A stretch of DNA of 41,696 bases from an uncultured Rhodospirillaceae bacterium (GCA_964639965.1 CAZXGI010000008.1:22742-64437); one strand, 5' to 3'. Positions 7,183 through 18,136 are shown, numbered from the stretch's first letter. The notes: generated from the letters alone by a model not told the origin. Made by a program: numbers and translations.

Positions 7183-9093
7183 ATGAATGAAGATATAACA
7201 GACCAATCTTCCGTAGATAAGAAACAGAATAAAGATGGTTCTAATGATATTTTTCTTGAGCCTAATTTTGGAATTAAAGGTGAACCAATAGGCGACGACA
7301 GAACCCATAAATCTTTTTTGGGTGGAATTAGTTTTATAACCCGCCGTTGGTTGATTGCCATAACAGGTATTATAGCTTTTTGTGGCTTAGCAGGGCTGCT
7401 TTTTAAATCCGACCAGTTATTGACATATTCATTTCAGCAGGTTCGTACCTCTAGCAACCTCTCTAAACAAGTTTTTAAAATTGAATCTGAGATTGTTGCT
7501 TTGAATAGTGACAGCAATAACTTCATTCGGACAAAAAACTTACGCTATGCAGAGAATTATGACAAACGTGCCGAAAAAATTATTAATGATCTTAAAACTC
7601 TAGCAGAAAATCCACAATTTCCAACAATCCAAAAGTTAGCTACGACCATATACGACGGTATTGGAGAACATAAAAAACAATTCTCCAAAATTATAAAGAT
7701 TCAAGATTTATTGGGGTTTAATAAAAAGATTGGCATCCAGCCAAATGCCAATGAATCTTTTGCAACGCTTGAAAAACAATTATCTCAATTAAACGCAACC
7801 AAACTTAATCCGGAACTGCAAAATTTACTTGGTGAAATAAAAATTAGCGAAATAAAATTCGCCGAAGTAATGGATACTGAAAAACAAAAGTACGTAAATA
7901 AACTTATTAGCCGCCTAATCAGGTTGTTGGACAGTTCTGTCCTCAAAAATAAAGAAAAGAAAATATTGGAAACCTTAATCCAAAGCCACCGCAACGATGT
8001 GGCCCAGTTATCCCGGACTTATTCAATCTATCGTAAAGCGAAGACCCGTCTGGGTGAAATAAGTTCCTATATAGCGCCGAGTATAGACACAATGATAAAC
8101 TATAATGGCAACTTTTCCCTTCTAGCGCGACAAGAAAGTCAGAAAACCCAGCAATTAATTCGAAAAATTGTTATAATCGGTGGCACCTCCATACTAATAT
8201 TACTCATTTCTTTCCATATGATTATAATCCGAAGTATTTCTGTACCAGGGACAAAAATAGCAGAAAATGCTGTAGAACTAGCTCATGGTAACGTAAGTGC
8301 ACCCATCCCCTTTCTTGCCAACTCAGACCCAATAGGCCAATTATCGAATGCATTGACTATCTTTCGAGAAAACATGCTGCAAGCTGACAGCTTGCGCAAA
8401 GATTTAGAAATCGCTCGACAAGAGAATTTCCAACCGAATATCGAATCTATCCCAAATGCTCATAACCTTCAAAATATAAATCAACACCAAGACAAAAAAA
8501 TTTCTTCAGAAGAATTCCAAGAAGAAAAGCCAGTTATTCAAGACCATTCACTCAACGACAACACAATTTCAGACATTAGCAATAAAATAACCACAACAAG
8601 TCAAAATGCATCCGATGCTTTTGAGGAGGTTGAAAAAACTGAAATCATGGTTTCTGGCCTTGATGATACGACAGAGAAAATTGAAGACATTGAAATTCTT
8701 ATGATAGGCATAAGCGATCAAATAAGCTTACTTGCAGTCCAAACCGCTCTGCATAGCAATAATGTTCCTAATGATAAGAACCTAGTTCATTTATATGAAA
8801 AACGAGATAAGAGAAAACCGAAAATTAAATCTGGTTCTGGTCAGTCAGTAGACGATCGTATTAAGTCCATCCAAGATGAAACAAAACGGGTTATTAAAGA
8901 AGTCCAAAAAATTGGGGTAACGGTCCATGAAGTAAACGAGGTTGCCAAAGAAATATCGAATTCCATTTCTCAGGAAGCGCTAGAAGCCGCCAACCAACTT
9001 CTCAAGCAATCGGAGGATCTTCGAACTATATTAGATAATATTTTAGATAAAACTCAGAATGAGAATACAATCATATCAAAGCCGAAAATATAG
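7183..9093 (+). CDS. Chemoreceptor (MCP)-like membrane sensor: two TMs, large periplasmic helical domain, HAMP, degenerate signalling domain
   Basis: TM1 WLIAITGIIAFCGLAGLLF; TM2 IVIIGGTSILILLISFHMII; HAMP-like LAHGNVSAPIPFLANSDPIGQLSNALTIFREN; MCP-like KIEDIEILMIGISDQISLLA. Confidence 0.72.
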   Translation: MNEDITDQSSVDKKQNKDGSNDIFLEPNFGIKGEPIGDDRTHKSFLGGISFITRRWLIAITGIIAFCGLAGLLFKSDQLLTYSFQQVRTSSNLSKQVFKIESEIVALNSDSNNFIRTKNLRYAENYDKRAEKIINDLKTLAENPQFPTIQKLATTIYDGIGEHKKQFSKIIKIQDLLGFNKKIGIQPNANESFATLEKQLSQLNATKLNPELQNLLGEIKISEIKFAEVMDTEKQKYVNKLISRLIRLLDSSVLKNKEKKILETLIQSHRNDVAQLSRTYSIYRKAKTRLGEISSYIAPSIDTMINYNGNFSLLARQESQKTQQLIRKIVIIGGTSILILLISFHMIIIRSISVPGTKIAENAVELAHGNVSAPIPFLANSDPIGQLSNALTIFRENMLQADSLRKDLEIARQENFQPNIESIPNAHNLQNINQHQDKKISSEEFQEEKPVIQDHSLNDNTISDISNKITTTSQNASDAFEEVEKTEIMVSGLDDTTEKIEDIEILMIGISDQISLLAVQTALHSNNVPNDKNLVHLYEKRDKRKPKIKSGSGQSVDDRIKSIQDETKRVIKEVQKIGVTVHEVNEVAKEISNSISQEALEAANQLLKQSEDLRTILDNILDKTQNENTIISKPKI

Positions 9094-9207
9094 ATGCAGC
9101 CCAAAAGCTATAGTTAGCAGAGGGAGAACCTATGACCAAATTTTCTTCAAATAACTAAAAAAAGTAAATGTAATAAATAAGTTCCCGAGCGCGATCCAAT
9201 TGAATAA

Positions 9208-10380
9208 TTATTCTACCAACACAGAGACACCTGGCAATATTTTTCCCTCAAGCCATTCGAGGAACGCACCTCCAGCTGAAGAAATATAAGAGAAGTTCTC
9301 AGTCACGCCAGCATTTGCCAGAGCAGACATAGTGTCCCCACCCCCAGCCACCGTCAAAAGTTCGCCTGCCTGTGTAAATTTTGCGGCAGACAGAGCCACC
9401 GCATTTGTGCCCGCATCAAAAGGCTTGATTTCAAACGCACCAAGCGGGCCATTCCAAACTAACGTCTTACATTGGCTAATTAAAGTCTCAATTTTATCAA
9501 CAGTGTTGGGCCCTACATCTAAGATCATTTTTTCTGCTGGTACAGCATTAATATCCACAATATGTGATCCGCTGCCATCACTTAATTTAGACGCAACGAC
9601 GGCATCAACCGGCAAATGTATCATGCATCCAGAATGTTCGGCTTTATTAAAAACATTCTTTGCAGTTTCTGCCATATCACCTTCACACAGAGAACTCCCT
9701 ACCGTAAAGCCGGCAGCATATAAAAAGGTATTTGCCATTGCACCACCAACAATTAGATGATCGACCTTAGAAATTAAGTTTTTTAGCACTCCAAGTTTAG
9801 TTGATATCTTGTTGCCACCAACTATTGCGACTACCGGTGGAGCAGGGTGGTTTAGGGCCTGATCAAGTGCCTCCATTTCTCTTTGCATCAAACGACCGGC
9901 TGCAGATGGCATCAAACGAGCGACACCTTCAATTGATGCATGAGACCTGTGAGAACAAGAAAAAGCGTCATTAACATAAATATCGCCTAATTTACTAAGA
10001 AATTTAGCAAAATCCGGATTATTACTTTCCTCACCAGAATTAAAACGAAGATTCTCAAGCAATACAATCTCGCCAAATTGAGGCGCATGACGACCATCAA
10101 GAGAAAATTTAATATTCGTACTCGGTAGAAAAGACTGTAGCACCGGTACAAGAAATTCAAGAGAATATTTTTTTACTATCTCCCCATTGGGGCGTCCCAA
10201 ATGACTAGCCAAAACGATACTAGCTCCTTTGTCTAGGATCTCTTTTAGGGTGGGGACCAATAATGCAATCCGAGCAGTGTCAGTGACAACACCTTCCTGT
10301 ATTGGAACGTTCATATCAACCCTTAACAACACTCGCTTACCAGCAAGTTCATAATCATCAAGCGTTCTAAATTTAGACAT
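9208..10380 (-). CDS. pgk: Phosphoglycerate kinase
   Basis: RVDMNVP, SHLGRP, LLENLRF, NDAFSCSHR, WNGPLG, GGGDT, GGAFLEWLEG. Start placed at ATG 10380 (MSKFRTLDD); 10389 is an alternative. Confidence 0.97.
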   Translation of the reverse strand: MSKFRTLDDYELAGKRVLLRVDMNVPIQEGVVTDTARIALLVPTLKEILDKGASIVLASHLGRPNGEIVKKYSLEFLVPVLQSFLPSTNIKFSLDGRHAPQFGEIVLLENLRFNSGEESNNPDFAKFLSKLGDIYVNDAFSCSHRSHASIEGVARLMPSAAGRLMQREMEALDQALNHPAPPVVAIVGGNKISTKLGVLKNLISKVDHLIVGGAMANTFLYAAGFTVGSSLCEGDMAETAKNVFNKAEHSGCMIHLPVDAVVASKLSDGSGSHIVDINAVPAEKMILDVGPNTVDKIETLISQCKTLVWNGPLGAFEIKPFDAGTNAVALSAAKFTQAGELLTVAGGGDTMSALANAGVTENFSYISSAGGAFLEWLEGKILPGVSVLVE

Positions 10381-10572
10381 TTTTTTCATATACCCAAAAA
10401 AATTAAATGGATTAAGACGCAATATATACAGCTGATTGACTCACACAAGTCACCATCTGGCTGATTTCCTGCTGGTGGTAATAACAAAAGCAGCTCGCCC
10501 GATGATCACACTTCTATTTAAGCAAATTCTAGATAACTTATGATGGGAAATATGCAAAATAAATTCGATATT

Positions 10573-13254
10573 TTATGATGCCTTCAAGTCACGAAGGACG
10601 TATTGAAGAATACCGCCATGACGGTAATATTCAACTTCATCGGCTGTATCAATGCGACACACCAGAGTAATACTTTCAGTTGACCCGTCAACCCGTTGGA
10701 TATTACACAATACATTCATTCGGGGTTTGACACCATCTTTAATACCAACAATATCAATAAGTTCGGTACCATTCAAACCAAGGGTTATCCGGCTTTGACC
10801 TTCTTTAAATTGTAACGGTAAAACACCCATCCCCACTAAATTAGAACGATGAATCCGTTCGAAACTCTCAACAATAACGGCTTTCGCTCCTAAAAGTTTA
10901 GTACCCTTTGCCGCCCAGTCCCGAGATGAACCATTACCATATAACTTACCACCAACAATAACCAAGGGTACGCCCTCTTTCGCATACTTCATAGCAGCAT
11001 CATAAATTGGCATCACTTCTTCTGAAGGATGGTATTTCGTAACACCCCCTTCAGTGCCCGGAACCATTTCATTCTTAATCCGGATATTAGCGAAAGTACC
11101 TCGCATCATAACCTCATGATTCCCCCGGCGAGAACCATACGAATTAAAGTCTTGCAAACGCACCTGCCTATCTGTGAGGTAATTACCTGCCGGACTATCT
11201 GCTTTTATAGCCCCAGCAGGAGAAATATGATCCGTAGTTATAGAGTCACCTAAGATCGCTAGCTGGCGAGCACCTTTTATATCAGAAAAATCTCCAGCTT
11301 CTTCTTGCATACCTTCAAAGAAGCTAGGATACTTAACATACGTGGAAACCTCCTGCCAATCGTAGGTTTCACTGCCTTCAGTCTGAATATTTTGCCACTG
11401 TTTAGGCCCTCGCCAAACTTCCTCGCCATAACGGCTGGCAAACATTTCTGGCGTAATATGATTAAGCACTGCATTGTTAATTTCTTCGTTACTTGGCCAG
11501 ATATCTTTAAGGTAAACAGGGTTTCCCACTTGGTCCTCTCCCAAAGGATCACTATATAAATCGCAAGTCATTGAACCCGCCAAAGCATAGGCAACCACTA
11601 TTGGTGGAGATGCTAAATAGTTGGTTTTAATTTGAGCATGAATGCGTCCTTCAAAGTTTCGATTGCCCGAAAGCACAGAACAAACTGTTAAATCTCCGTC
11701 AACAATTGCTTGATCAACGGGCGCAGGCAAGGGTCCAGAATTCCCAATACAGGTGGTACAACCATAACCAACAACGTTAAATCCAAGCTCATCAAGATCA
11801 TCTTGTAAATTAGCATCTTCCAAATAATCAGAGACCACTTTACTTCCCGGAGCAAGGGAAGTCTTAACCCAGGGCTTTGGCTTTAATCCAAGCTTATTAG
11901 CATTACGTGCTAATAAACCCGCCGCCATTAAAACACTTGGATTTGATGTATTAGTGCAGGAAGTTATTGCTGCAATAACGACATCACCATCTTGAACCTC
12001 ATACCCCTCCTGTTCCGTCGCTTGCGGGCCCTTTCCACGACCAACTTCTTTAAGGGTCTCCTGAAATGCTGACGCAGCATTAGACAAATCAATCCGATCC
12101 TGTGGCCGTTTGGGGCCAGAAATTGACGGTTCAACCGTAGAAATATCTAGTTCTAAATTATCTGTAAAAACGGGGTCTGGTGTTTGTGCATCTCGCCACA
12201 TACCCTGGATTTTAGCATAAGCTTCAACCAAATTAACACGATCAGGGTCTCGCGAGGTAAACCGCAAAAAACGCAACGTTTCTTGGTCAATCGGAAAAAT
12301 GCCACAAGTGGCACCGTATTCGGGAGCCATATTAGCAAGTGTTGCCCGATCAGGTAAAGATAATCCATCCAATGCATCACCATAGAATTCGACAAATTTA
12401 CCAACGACACCTTTCTCTCGTAATATCTGAACAACACGTAATACAAGATCTGTTGCTGTTGCACCCTCTCTCATTTCACCTGTCATTTTAAAACCAATAA
12501 CTTCTGGAATAAGCATGGAAACGGGCTGGCCCAACATTGCCGCCTCCGCCTCTATCCCGCCAACTCCCCAGCCCAAAACTGCCAAACCATTAACCATCGT
12601 GGTATGACTATCGGTACCAACCAGCGTATCCGGATAAGCTATTAACTTCCCTTCAATCTCGTCAGTCCAAACAGTTTGCGCCAGAAATTCAAGATTTACT
12701 TGGTGGCAAATGCCTGTTCCGGGAGGTACCACCCGGAAATTATCAAAAGCTTTGGAGCCCCAGCGTAAAAATTCATAACGCTCCTGATTACGTTCAAACT
12801 CTTTATTTACATTTGCATCAAATGAGCCGGTCGTACCAAAATTATCAATCATCACGGAATGATCTATTACAAGATCAACAGGACTTAACGGATTGATTTT
12901 CTGCGGATCGCCACCAAGGTCCAGCATTGCCTGACGCATAGCAGCCAAATCAACTACAGCGGGCACACCTGTAAAATCCTGCATCAACACTCTAGCCGGA
13001 CGGAAAGCAATCTCACTATCAGAACTTTTAGCCTTCAGCCAAGAGCTAAGAGCTTTAATATCATCGACAGAAACCGATACCCCATCTTCATATCGAAGAA
13101 GATTTTCCAACAGAATTTTTAATGAAAATGGTAAACGAGAAATGTCCCCAAGCCCAGCCTCTGATGCAGCTTCAAGGCTAAAATAATCATAACTCATTTC
13201 GCCAACACTCAACGATCGCCTTGTTTTAAGCGTATCCTTGCCAATTTTTTCCAT
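10573..13254 (-). CDS. acnA: Aconitate hydratase A
   Basis: [64 protein letters not shown]; ATG at 13254 preceded by GGGGAA. Confidence 0.97.
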   Translation of the reverse strand: MEKIGKDTLKTRRSLSVGEMSYDYFSLEAASEAGLGDISRLPFSLKILLENLLRYEDGVSVSVDDIKALSSWLKAKSSDSEIAFRPARVLMQDFTGVPAVVDLAAMRQAMLDLGGDPQKINPLSPVDLVIDHSVMIDNFGTTGSFDANVNKEFERNQERYEFLRWGSKAFDNFRVVPPGTGICHQVNLEFLAQTVWTDEIEGKLIAYPDTLVGTDSHTTMVNGLAVLGWGVGGIEAEAAMLGQPVSMLIPEVIGFKMTGEMREGATATDLVLRVVQILREKGVVGKFVEFYGDALDGLSLPDRATLANMAPEYGATCGIFPIDQETLRFLRFTSRDPDRVNLVEAYAKIQGMWRDAQTPDPVFTDNLELDISTVEPSISGPKRPQDRIDLSNAASAFQETLKEVGRGKGPQATEQEGYEVQDGDVVIAAITSCTNTSNPSVLMAAGLLARNANKLGLKPKPWVKTSLAPGSKVVSDYLEDANLQDDLDELGFNVVGYGCTTCIGNSGPLPAPVDQAIVDGDLTVCSVLSGNRNFEGRIHAQIKTNYLASPPIVVAYALAGSMTCDLYSDPLGEDQVGNPVYLKDIWPSNEEINNAVLNHITPEMFASRYGEEVWRGPKQWQNIQTEGSETYDWQEVSTYVKYPSFFEGMQEEAGDFSDIKGARQLAILGDSITTDHISPAGAIKADSPAGNYLTDRQVRLQDFNSYGSRRGNHEVMMRGTFANIRIKNEMVPGTEGGVTKYHPSEEVMPIYDAAMKYAKEGVPLVIVGGKLYGNGSSRDWAAKGTKLLGAKAVIVESFERIHRSNLVGMGVLPLQFKEGQSRITLGLNGTELIDIVGIKDGVKPRMNVLCNIQRVDGSTESITLVCRIDTADEVEYYRHGGILQYVLRDLKAS

Positions 13255-13475
13255 TCGGTGTTCCCCCAGAAAAATCAATTCATATGGTTCGCGTCGGCCT
13301 TGACTACACTATGCGTTGCAATTATTCCAGACTTTTAAAATCTAAACAAACCGATTAATTCATATAATCTATTAATCATAATTGAAATTCGTTAGACTTA
13401 CATGACTCGGAAATCTCCTTAAATAATAACACTAAATCCGGTAACATTTTCTTATGAATTTTGCTTAATAAAAGA

Positions 13476-13503
13476 CTTGAATTTAAAATTACAGGGATAT
13501 AAT
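13476..13503 (+). promoter_or_regulatory. Candidate promoter for the cox operon
   Basis: CTTGAA (13476-13481), 16 nt, perfect TATAAT (13498-13503); spacing is slightly short. Confidence 0.4.
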
Positions 13504-13710
13504 GTCTGCCTAATAGGCGGCAAGCGTGGGATCCTCTAAAAGAGAAGCTGGCGGCGGAGTTTGTAATTAATAAAATAGGCGCCCTAACGAATCTCAGTAA
13601 GTCGACGTTAGAATTTTGAATAAGTGAATGTATAAAAATATAGCAGTAAAAAAAGTTAGTCAGTTTCTTTTAAGTTAAATCAATAATAAATTCGTAAAGG
13701 ATAGATTCGG

Positions 13711-14604
13711 ATGGTCCTGGCAGTAGTACTTGTGATTTTAGGTGTAGGCTCGGTAATATTCCATATCTGGAGCCCTTGGTGGTCAACTGAAATAGCCTCA
13801 AATTGGGGTTCAATAGATACCGCTATCGATATAACCTTTTGGATTACCGGTGTAGCATATGTTATTGTCATCTTATTTATGGCGTACTGCATATATAAAT
13901 ATAAGTACCGTCCAGATCGCCGAGCAGATTATGATCCAGAAAATAGCAAACTTGAGTGGTGGTTAACTTGGATTACCACCGCTGGTGTTGTCGGATTGTT
14001 AACCCCAGGACTACTTGCTTGGAATGATTTTGTTACTGTCCCCAAAGATGCCCTACAGTATGAAGTAGTTGGAAAACAATGGGAATGGAATTATCGCCTG
14101 CCCGGTAAAGATGGCAAATTGGGGACTTCAAAGATCAGTCTTGTTTCAGATGACAACCCTTTTGGCATTAATCCAAAGGACCCAAACGGGCAGGATGATG
14201 TTTTGATTGAGGGAGACGATTTACATTTACCTGTGGGTGTGCCGATCAAGATGAACTTGAGATCTTTTGACGTACTCCACAATTTTTACGTTCCGCAATT
14301 CCGAGCCAAAATGGATCTTGTTCCAGGTATGATAACGTTTTTCTGGTTGACCCCCACTAGAACCGGAGAATTCGATATACTTTGTGCAGAGTTATGTGGC
14401 GTTGGTCACCATGCAATGCGGGGTACAGTTGTTGTTGATGGCAAAGCAGCGTTTAACAAATGGCTGCAAGAACAGGAGACATTTGCGACACTTTACCCGA
14501 AAGCAGCGGGCAAAAATCAGCTGGCTAAAAATTCCAAGAAAATGTCAAAAATCAAAACAGTTGTTTCAAGTAGCAAAATTAATTCAAAAAACTTGGTTCG
14601 TTAG
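13711..14604 (+). CDS. coxM: Cytochrome c oxidase subunit II, CoxM-type
   Basis: CuA ligands DVLHNF and CAELCGVGHHAM; GKQWEW; insert LPGKDGKLG...NPFG; AAGGA RBS. Confidence 0.92.
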   Translation: MVLAVVLVILGVGSVIFHIWSPWWSTEIASNWGSIDTAIDITFWITGVAYVIVILFMAYCIYKYKYRPDRRADYDPENSKLEWWLTWITTAGVVGLLTPGLLAWNDFVTVPKDALQYEVVGKQWEWNYRLPGKDGKLGTSKISLVSDDNPFGINPKDPNGQDDVLIEGDDLHLPVGVPIKMNLRSFDVLHNFYVPQFRAKMDLVPGMITFFWLTPTRTGEFDILCAELCGVGHHAMRGTVVVDGKAAFNKWLQEQETFATLYPKAAGKNQLAKNSKKMSKIKTVVSSSKINSKNLVR

Positions 14605-14639
14605 AAATTTTTAATTTGATGGATAGAGGATAGGCAAAA

Positions 14640-16397
14640 ATGAGTAATGGCACTGTTGAAGAGACCCAAATAATACCGGAAGCTGAGGTTGAGGAAGTTG
14701 AATTATATCATGCTAAAAGCTTCATAACCAAATGGGTCTTTTGCCAAGATGCCAAGGTTATCGCTATACAATATTCGGTAACGGCCATTGTCATTGGAAT
14801 GGTTGGGCTAGTCCTATCTTGGTTAATGCGATTGCAGTTGGGTTTTCCAGAAGTATTTTCTTTTATTGACGCTGAAAGTTACTATCAATACGTCACCATG
14901 CACGGAATGATCATGGTTGTTTATCTCCTTACGGCACTTTTCCTTGGTGGATTTGGTAATTATCTAATCCCACTGATGGTTGGGGCTCGAGATATGGTAT
15001 TCCCATACATGAATATGCTGAGCTATTGGGTATATTTACTCGCAACACTAATACTAGCGGCAAGTTTTTTTGTTCCCGGTGGGGCTACTGGAGCAGGTTG
15101 GACGTTGTATCCACCCCAATCTGTAACACCGGGTACACCAGGAATAAATGGCGGTATTATTTTGATGCTTGTCTCCCTCGCCTTTTTTATTATTGGTTTT
15201 ACAATGGGTGGCTTGAATTATGTCGTAACCGTATTACAGGCGCGAACCAGAGGCATGACGTTAATGCGCATGCCATTGACGGTTTGGGGCATATTTACTG
15301 CAACAATTTTAGCGCTTCTAGCATTTCCAGCACTTTTTGTTGCGGCAATTATGACGCTTTTCGACAAACTCCTTGGCACAAGTTTTTTTATGCCGGAAAT
15401 GATTGTCCAAGGCGAGCTGAACTCCCACGAGAACGGCAGTCCCTTATTGTTCCAGCATTTGTTTTGGTTTTTTGGTCACCCGGAAGTATACATTGTTGCT
15501 CTACCGGCCTTTGGTGTAGTTTCTGATATCATCAGCACACATGCTCGCAAACCTATCTTTGGATACAGAATGATGGTATGGGCAATCGTCGCCATTGGCG
15601 GTTTAAGCTTCATTGTATGGGCACATCACATGTATGTCAGCGGCATGAACCCGTATTTTGGTTTTTTCTTTGCAACAACCACCTTAATTATAGCGGTTCC
15701 CACGGCTCTTAAATTGTATAACTGGACACTTACCTTGTATAAAGGAAATATCCATTTAACAATTCCAATGTTATTTTGCGTAGCGTTTATCCTGACATTC
15801 CTAAATGGTGGTATTACCGGTCTATTTTTGGGGAATGTGATTGTTGATATACCCTTATCAGACACCATGTTTGTTGTTGCCCATTTCCACATGGTGATGG
15901 GCATAGCCCCGGTGCTCGTAATTTTTGCCGCTATCTATCACTGGTTCCCAAAAATGTCGGGCCGAATGCTCCATGAGGGCTGGGGACAGTTCCACTTTTG
16001 GGTTACCTTCTTAGGAAGTTATTTAGTGTATTTTCCTATGCACTATCTTGGATTTGTAGGGGTCCCAAGACGTTATTTTGAAATTGGAGAAACGTCTTTT
16101 GTACCCGAATCTGCTGTAGCGCTAAATGAGTTCATCACGGTCATGGTTTTGATAGTTGGCGCAGCACAAGTAGTGTTCATCATTAATATTATTGTGAGTA
16201 TATTTAACGGAAAACCCGCAGGCGACAATCCTTGGGATAGTACAACACTTGAATGGCAAACGGCATCAACACCTCCAGGCCACGGCAATTTTGGTAAGGA
16301 GTTGCCCATTTGTTATCGGTGGGCTTACGAATATGCCGTTCCAGGTGTAAAGGCGGATTTTATACCTCAAAACTTGCCACCAGATAAAATAAAGTAG
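14640..16397 (+). CDS. coxN: Heme-copper oxidase subunit I, A1-type, CoxN-like
   Basis: TMHG, FGHPEVY, WAHHM, VAHFH; D-channel ARDMVFPYMN; K-channel AVPTALK; GVPRR. Confidence 0.95.
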   Translation: MSNGTVEETQIIPEAEVEEVELYHAKSFITKWVFCQDAKVIAIQYSVTAIVIGMVGLVLSWLMRLQLGFPEVFSFIDAESYYQYVTMHGMIMVVYLLTALFLGGFGNYLIPLMVGARDMVFPYMNMLSYWVYLLATLILAASFFVPGGATGAGWTLYPPQSVTPGTPGINGGIILMLVSLAFFIIGFTMGGLNYVVTVLQARTRGMTLMRMPLTVWGIFTATILALLAFPALFVAAIMTLFDKLLGTSFFMPEMIVQGELNSHENGSPLLFQHLFWFFGHPEVYIVALPAFGVVSDIISTHARKPIFGYRMMVWAIVAIGGLSFIVWAHHMYVSGMNPYFGFFFATTTLIIAVPTALKLYNWTLTLYKGNIHLTIPMLFCVAFILTFLNGGITGLFLGNVIVDIPLSDTMFVVAHFHMVMGIAPVLVIFAAIYHWFPKMSGRMLHEGWGQFHFWVTFLGSYLVYFPMHYLGFVGVPRRYFEIGETSFVPESAVALNEFITVMVLIVGAAQVVFIINIIVSIFNGKPAGDNPWDSTTLEWQTASTPPGHGNFGKELPICYRWAYEYAVPGVKADFIPQNLPPDKIK

Positions 16398-16409
16398 GGT
16401 AAATTTCCT

Positions 16410-17039
16410 TTGAGTATCTTTAACGAACTTTCAAAAAAACCTTGGTTGGCGGATCCCTCGCAAATTGAGGGTACCCCAGATGGTCAGGGATTATTCTTGC
16501 CATCAGGTAAAATAGGTCTACGCGTATTTCTGGTTGTTGTAACAGTCGTGTTCCTATTAACAACAATAGCCTACGGCGATCGTATGTTGTTCGCAAATTG
16601 GAAAACCTTTCCAGAACCTTGGGTGCTCTGGTTAAACACCTTAGTATTAATTGCAAGCAGCATTGCCATGCAATTTGCCCGAAATAATACGAAGCGAGAC
16701 AATCTAACTGGAGTTCGTGATGGTTTGGTTTTTGGAGGAATCCTAACAATAGCTTTTCTTGTTGGCCAATTGTATGGCTGGCAGCAAATGGTAAAATCAG
16801 GATATTACGCCCACAATAATATCTCTAATGCCTTCTTTTATCTGGTGACTGCGCTACATGGAGTTCACATGGTCGGCGGGCTAATTGCCTGGGGACGAAG
16901 CGTCCTGAAACTAAGAAAAATTTCGCGGACAAATGGTTCCATTGCTGACGTGAAATTAAGTGTCGAGTTGTGCACAACCTATTGGCATTATCTATTGATG
17001 ATTTGGTTAATTTTATTCACTTTACTGTTGATGAGTTAA
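16410..17039 (+). CDS. coxO: Cytochrome c oxidase subunit III-like, CoxO-type
   Basis: LNTLVLIASS, FFYLVTALHGVHMVGG, YWHYL; TTG start. Confidence 0.87.
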   Translation: MSIFNELSKKPWLADPSQIEGTPDGQGLFLPSGKIGLRVFLVVVTVVFLLTTIAYGDRMLFANWKTFPEPWVLWLNTLVLIASSIAMQFARNNTKRDNLTGVRDGLVFGGILTIAFLVGQLYGWQQMVKSGYYAHNNISNAFFYLVTALHGVHMVGGLIAWGRSVLKLRKISRTNGSIADVKLSVELCTTYWHYLLMIWLILFTLLLMS

Positions 17040-17055
17040 AAAAGGATCTTACATT

Positions 17056-17781
17056 ATGGCGCGTCAAAATTCTAGCACTGCGGCGGCACAACCGATTGAT
17101 TTGAAACCGGGGCTCGCCGGTCTTACTGAAGATTGGGCATCGGATCAACGAACTTTCAAGAAAGTGCCATGGGGTAAGGCAATGATGTGGATATTCCTTC
17201 TCAGTGACACATTTATCTTCACATGCTTTCTGATTTCTTACATGACAACTCGAATGTCTACAGCAGTTGATTGGCCCCCAGTGAGTGAAATATTTGCCTT
17301 GTCTTTGGGCGGAGAGCCAATCCCCCTTATACTAATTGCTATCATGACCTTCATACTGATAACCAGCAGTGGAACTATGGTGTTGGCGGTAAATTTTGGT
17401 TACCGTAAAGATAAAAAAAACACAGTATTATTTTTAATAATAACAGCCATTTTCGGGGCTTCATTTGTTGGCATGCAGGCTTTTGAATGGACAAAATTAA
17501 TCATGGATGGTGTCCGACCCTGGGCAAACCCGTTTGGCGCTTCTCAATTTGGATCAGCCTTCTTTATGATCACTGGTTTCCATGGATTTCACGTGTCTTG
17601 CGGAGTTTTATTTCTTTTTATCATTGCCCGCAAAGTTTGGCGGGGAGATTATGACAATGAGAAGAAAGGTTTCTTCACAAGCCGAAAAGGCTCTTATGAA
17701 GAAGTCGAAACCATGGGTCTTTACTGGCATTTTGTCGATTTGGTTTGGGTTTTCATTTTTGCATTCTTTTATTTGTGGTAG
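17056..17781 (+). CDS. coxP: Cytochrome c oxidase subunit III, CoxP-type
   Basis: GKAMMWIFLLSD, FFMITGFHGFHV, GLYWHFVDLVWVFIF. Confidence 0.92.
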   Translation: MARQNSSTAAAQPIDLKPGLAGLTEDWASDQRTFKKVPWGKAMMWIFLLSDTFIFTCFLISYMTTRMSTAVDWPPVSEIFALSLGGEPIPLILIAIMTFILITSSGTMVLAVNFGYRKDKKNTVLFLIITAIFGASFVGMQAFEWTKLIMDGVRPWANPFGASQFGSAFFMITGFHGFHVSCGVLFLFIIARKVWRGDYDNEKKGFFTSRKGSYEEVETMGLYWHFVDLVWVFIFAFFYLW

Positions 17782-17790
17782 GGGGACTAA

Positions 17791-18114
17791 ATGTCACAAA
17801 ACGAAGGTCAACAGCACCCTCTAGGGGTTTATATTAAAGTATGGGTCTTACTATTTGTACTTAGTGCCCTTTCTTACATGGTAGATTATCTCAATTTCCA
17901 AGGTTATCTTCGGTGGACATTAATCCTAATTTTTATGATGCTGAAAGCCGGTTATATTGTTGCGGTATTTATGCATATAAAATGGGAACGTTGGGCGTTA
18001 AGTTTTGCCATTTTGGGTCCTCCAACTGTATTACTTGTTTTTGTGGCAATTATGGTAATTGAGTCAGATTACACATATCTGACAAGGAATTTATTTTTTG
18101 GAACGGGCTCTTAA
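17791..18114 (+). CDS. Cytochrome c oxidase subunit IV family protein
   Basis: Three TM segments and KAGYIVAVFMHIKWE, matching the prokaryotic subunit IV FMHL-type motif; GGGGGA RBS. Confidence 0.87.
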   Translation: MSQNEGQQHPLGVYIKVWVLLFVLSALSYMVDYLNFQGYLRWTLILIFMMLKAGYIVAVFMHIKWERWALSFAILGPPTVLLVFVAIMVIESDYTYLTRNLFFGTGS

Positions 18115-18136
18115 AACAAGTAGTTCAGAATAAGCT

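Noticed and set aside
13575-13600. Glycine riboswitch (GGCGCC...ATCTCAG resemblance)
   Set aside because: Lacks the GGAGA, CCGAAG and CUCAGG core and the tandem aptamer layout.
13670-13683. FNR/FixK box before coxM (TTAAG-N4-ATCAA)
   Set aside because: The left half matches only 3 of 5 bases and the site is under 30 nt from the start codon.
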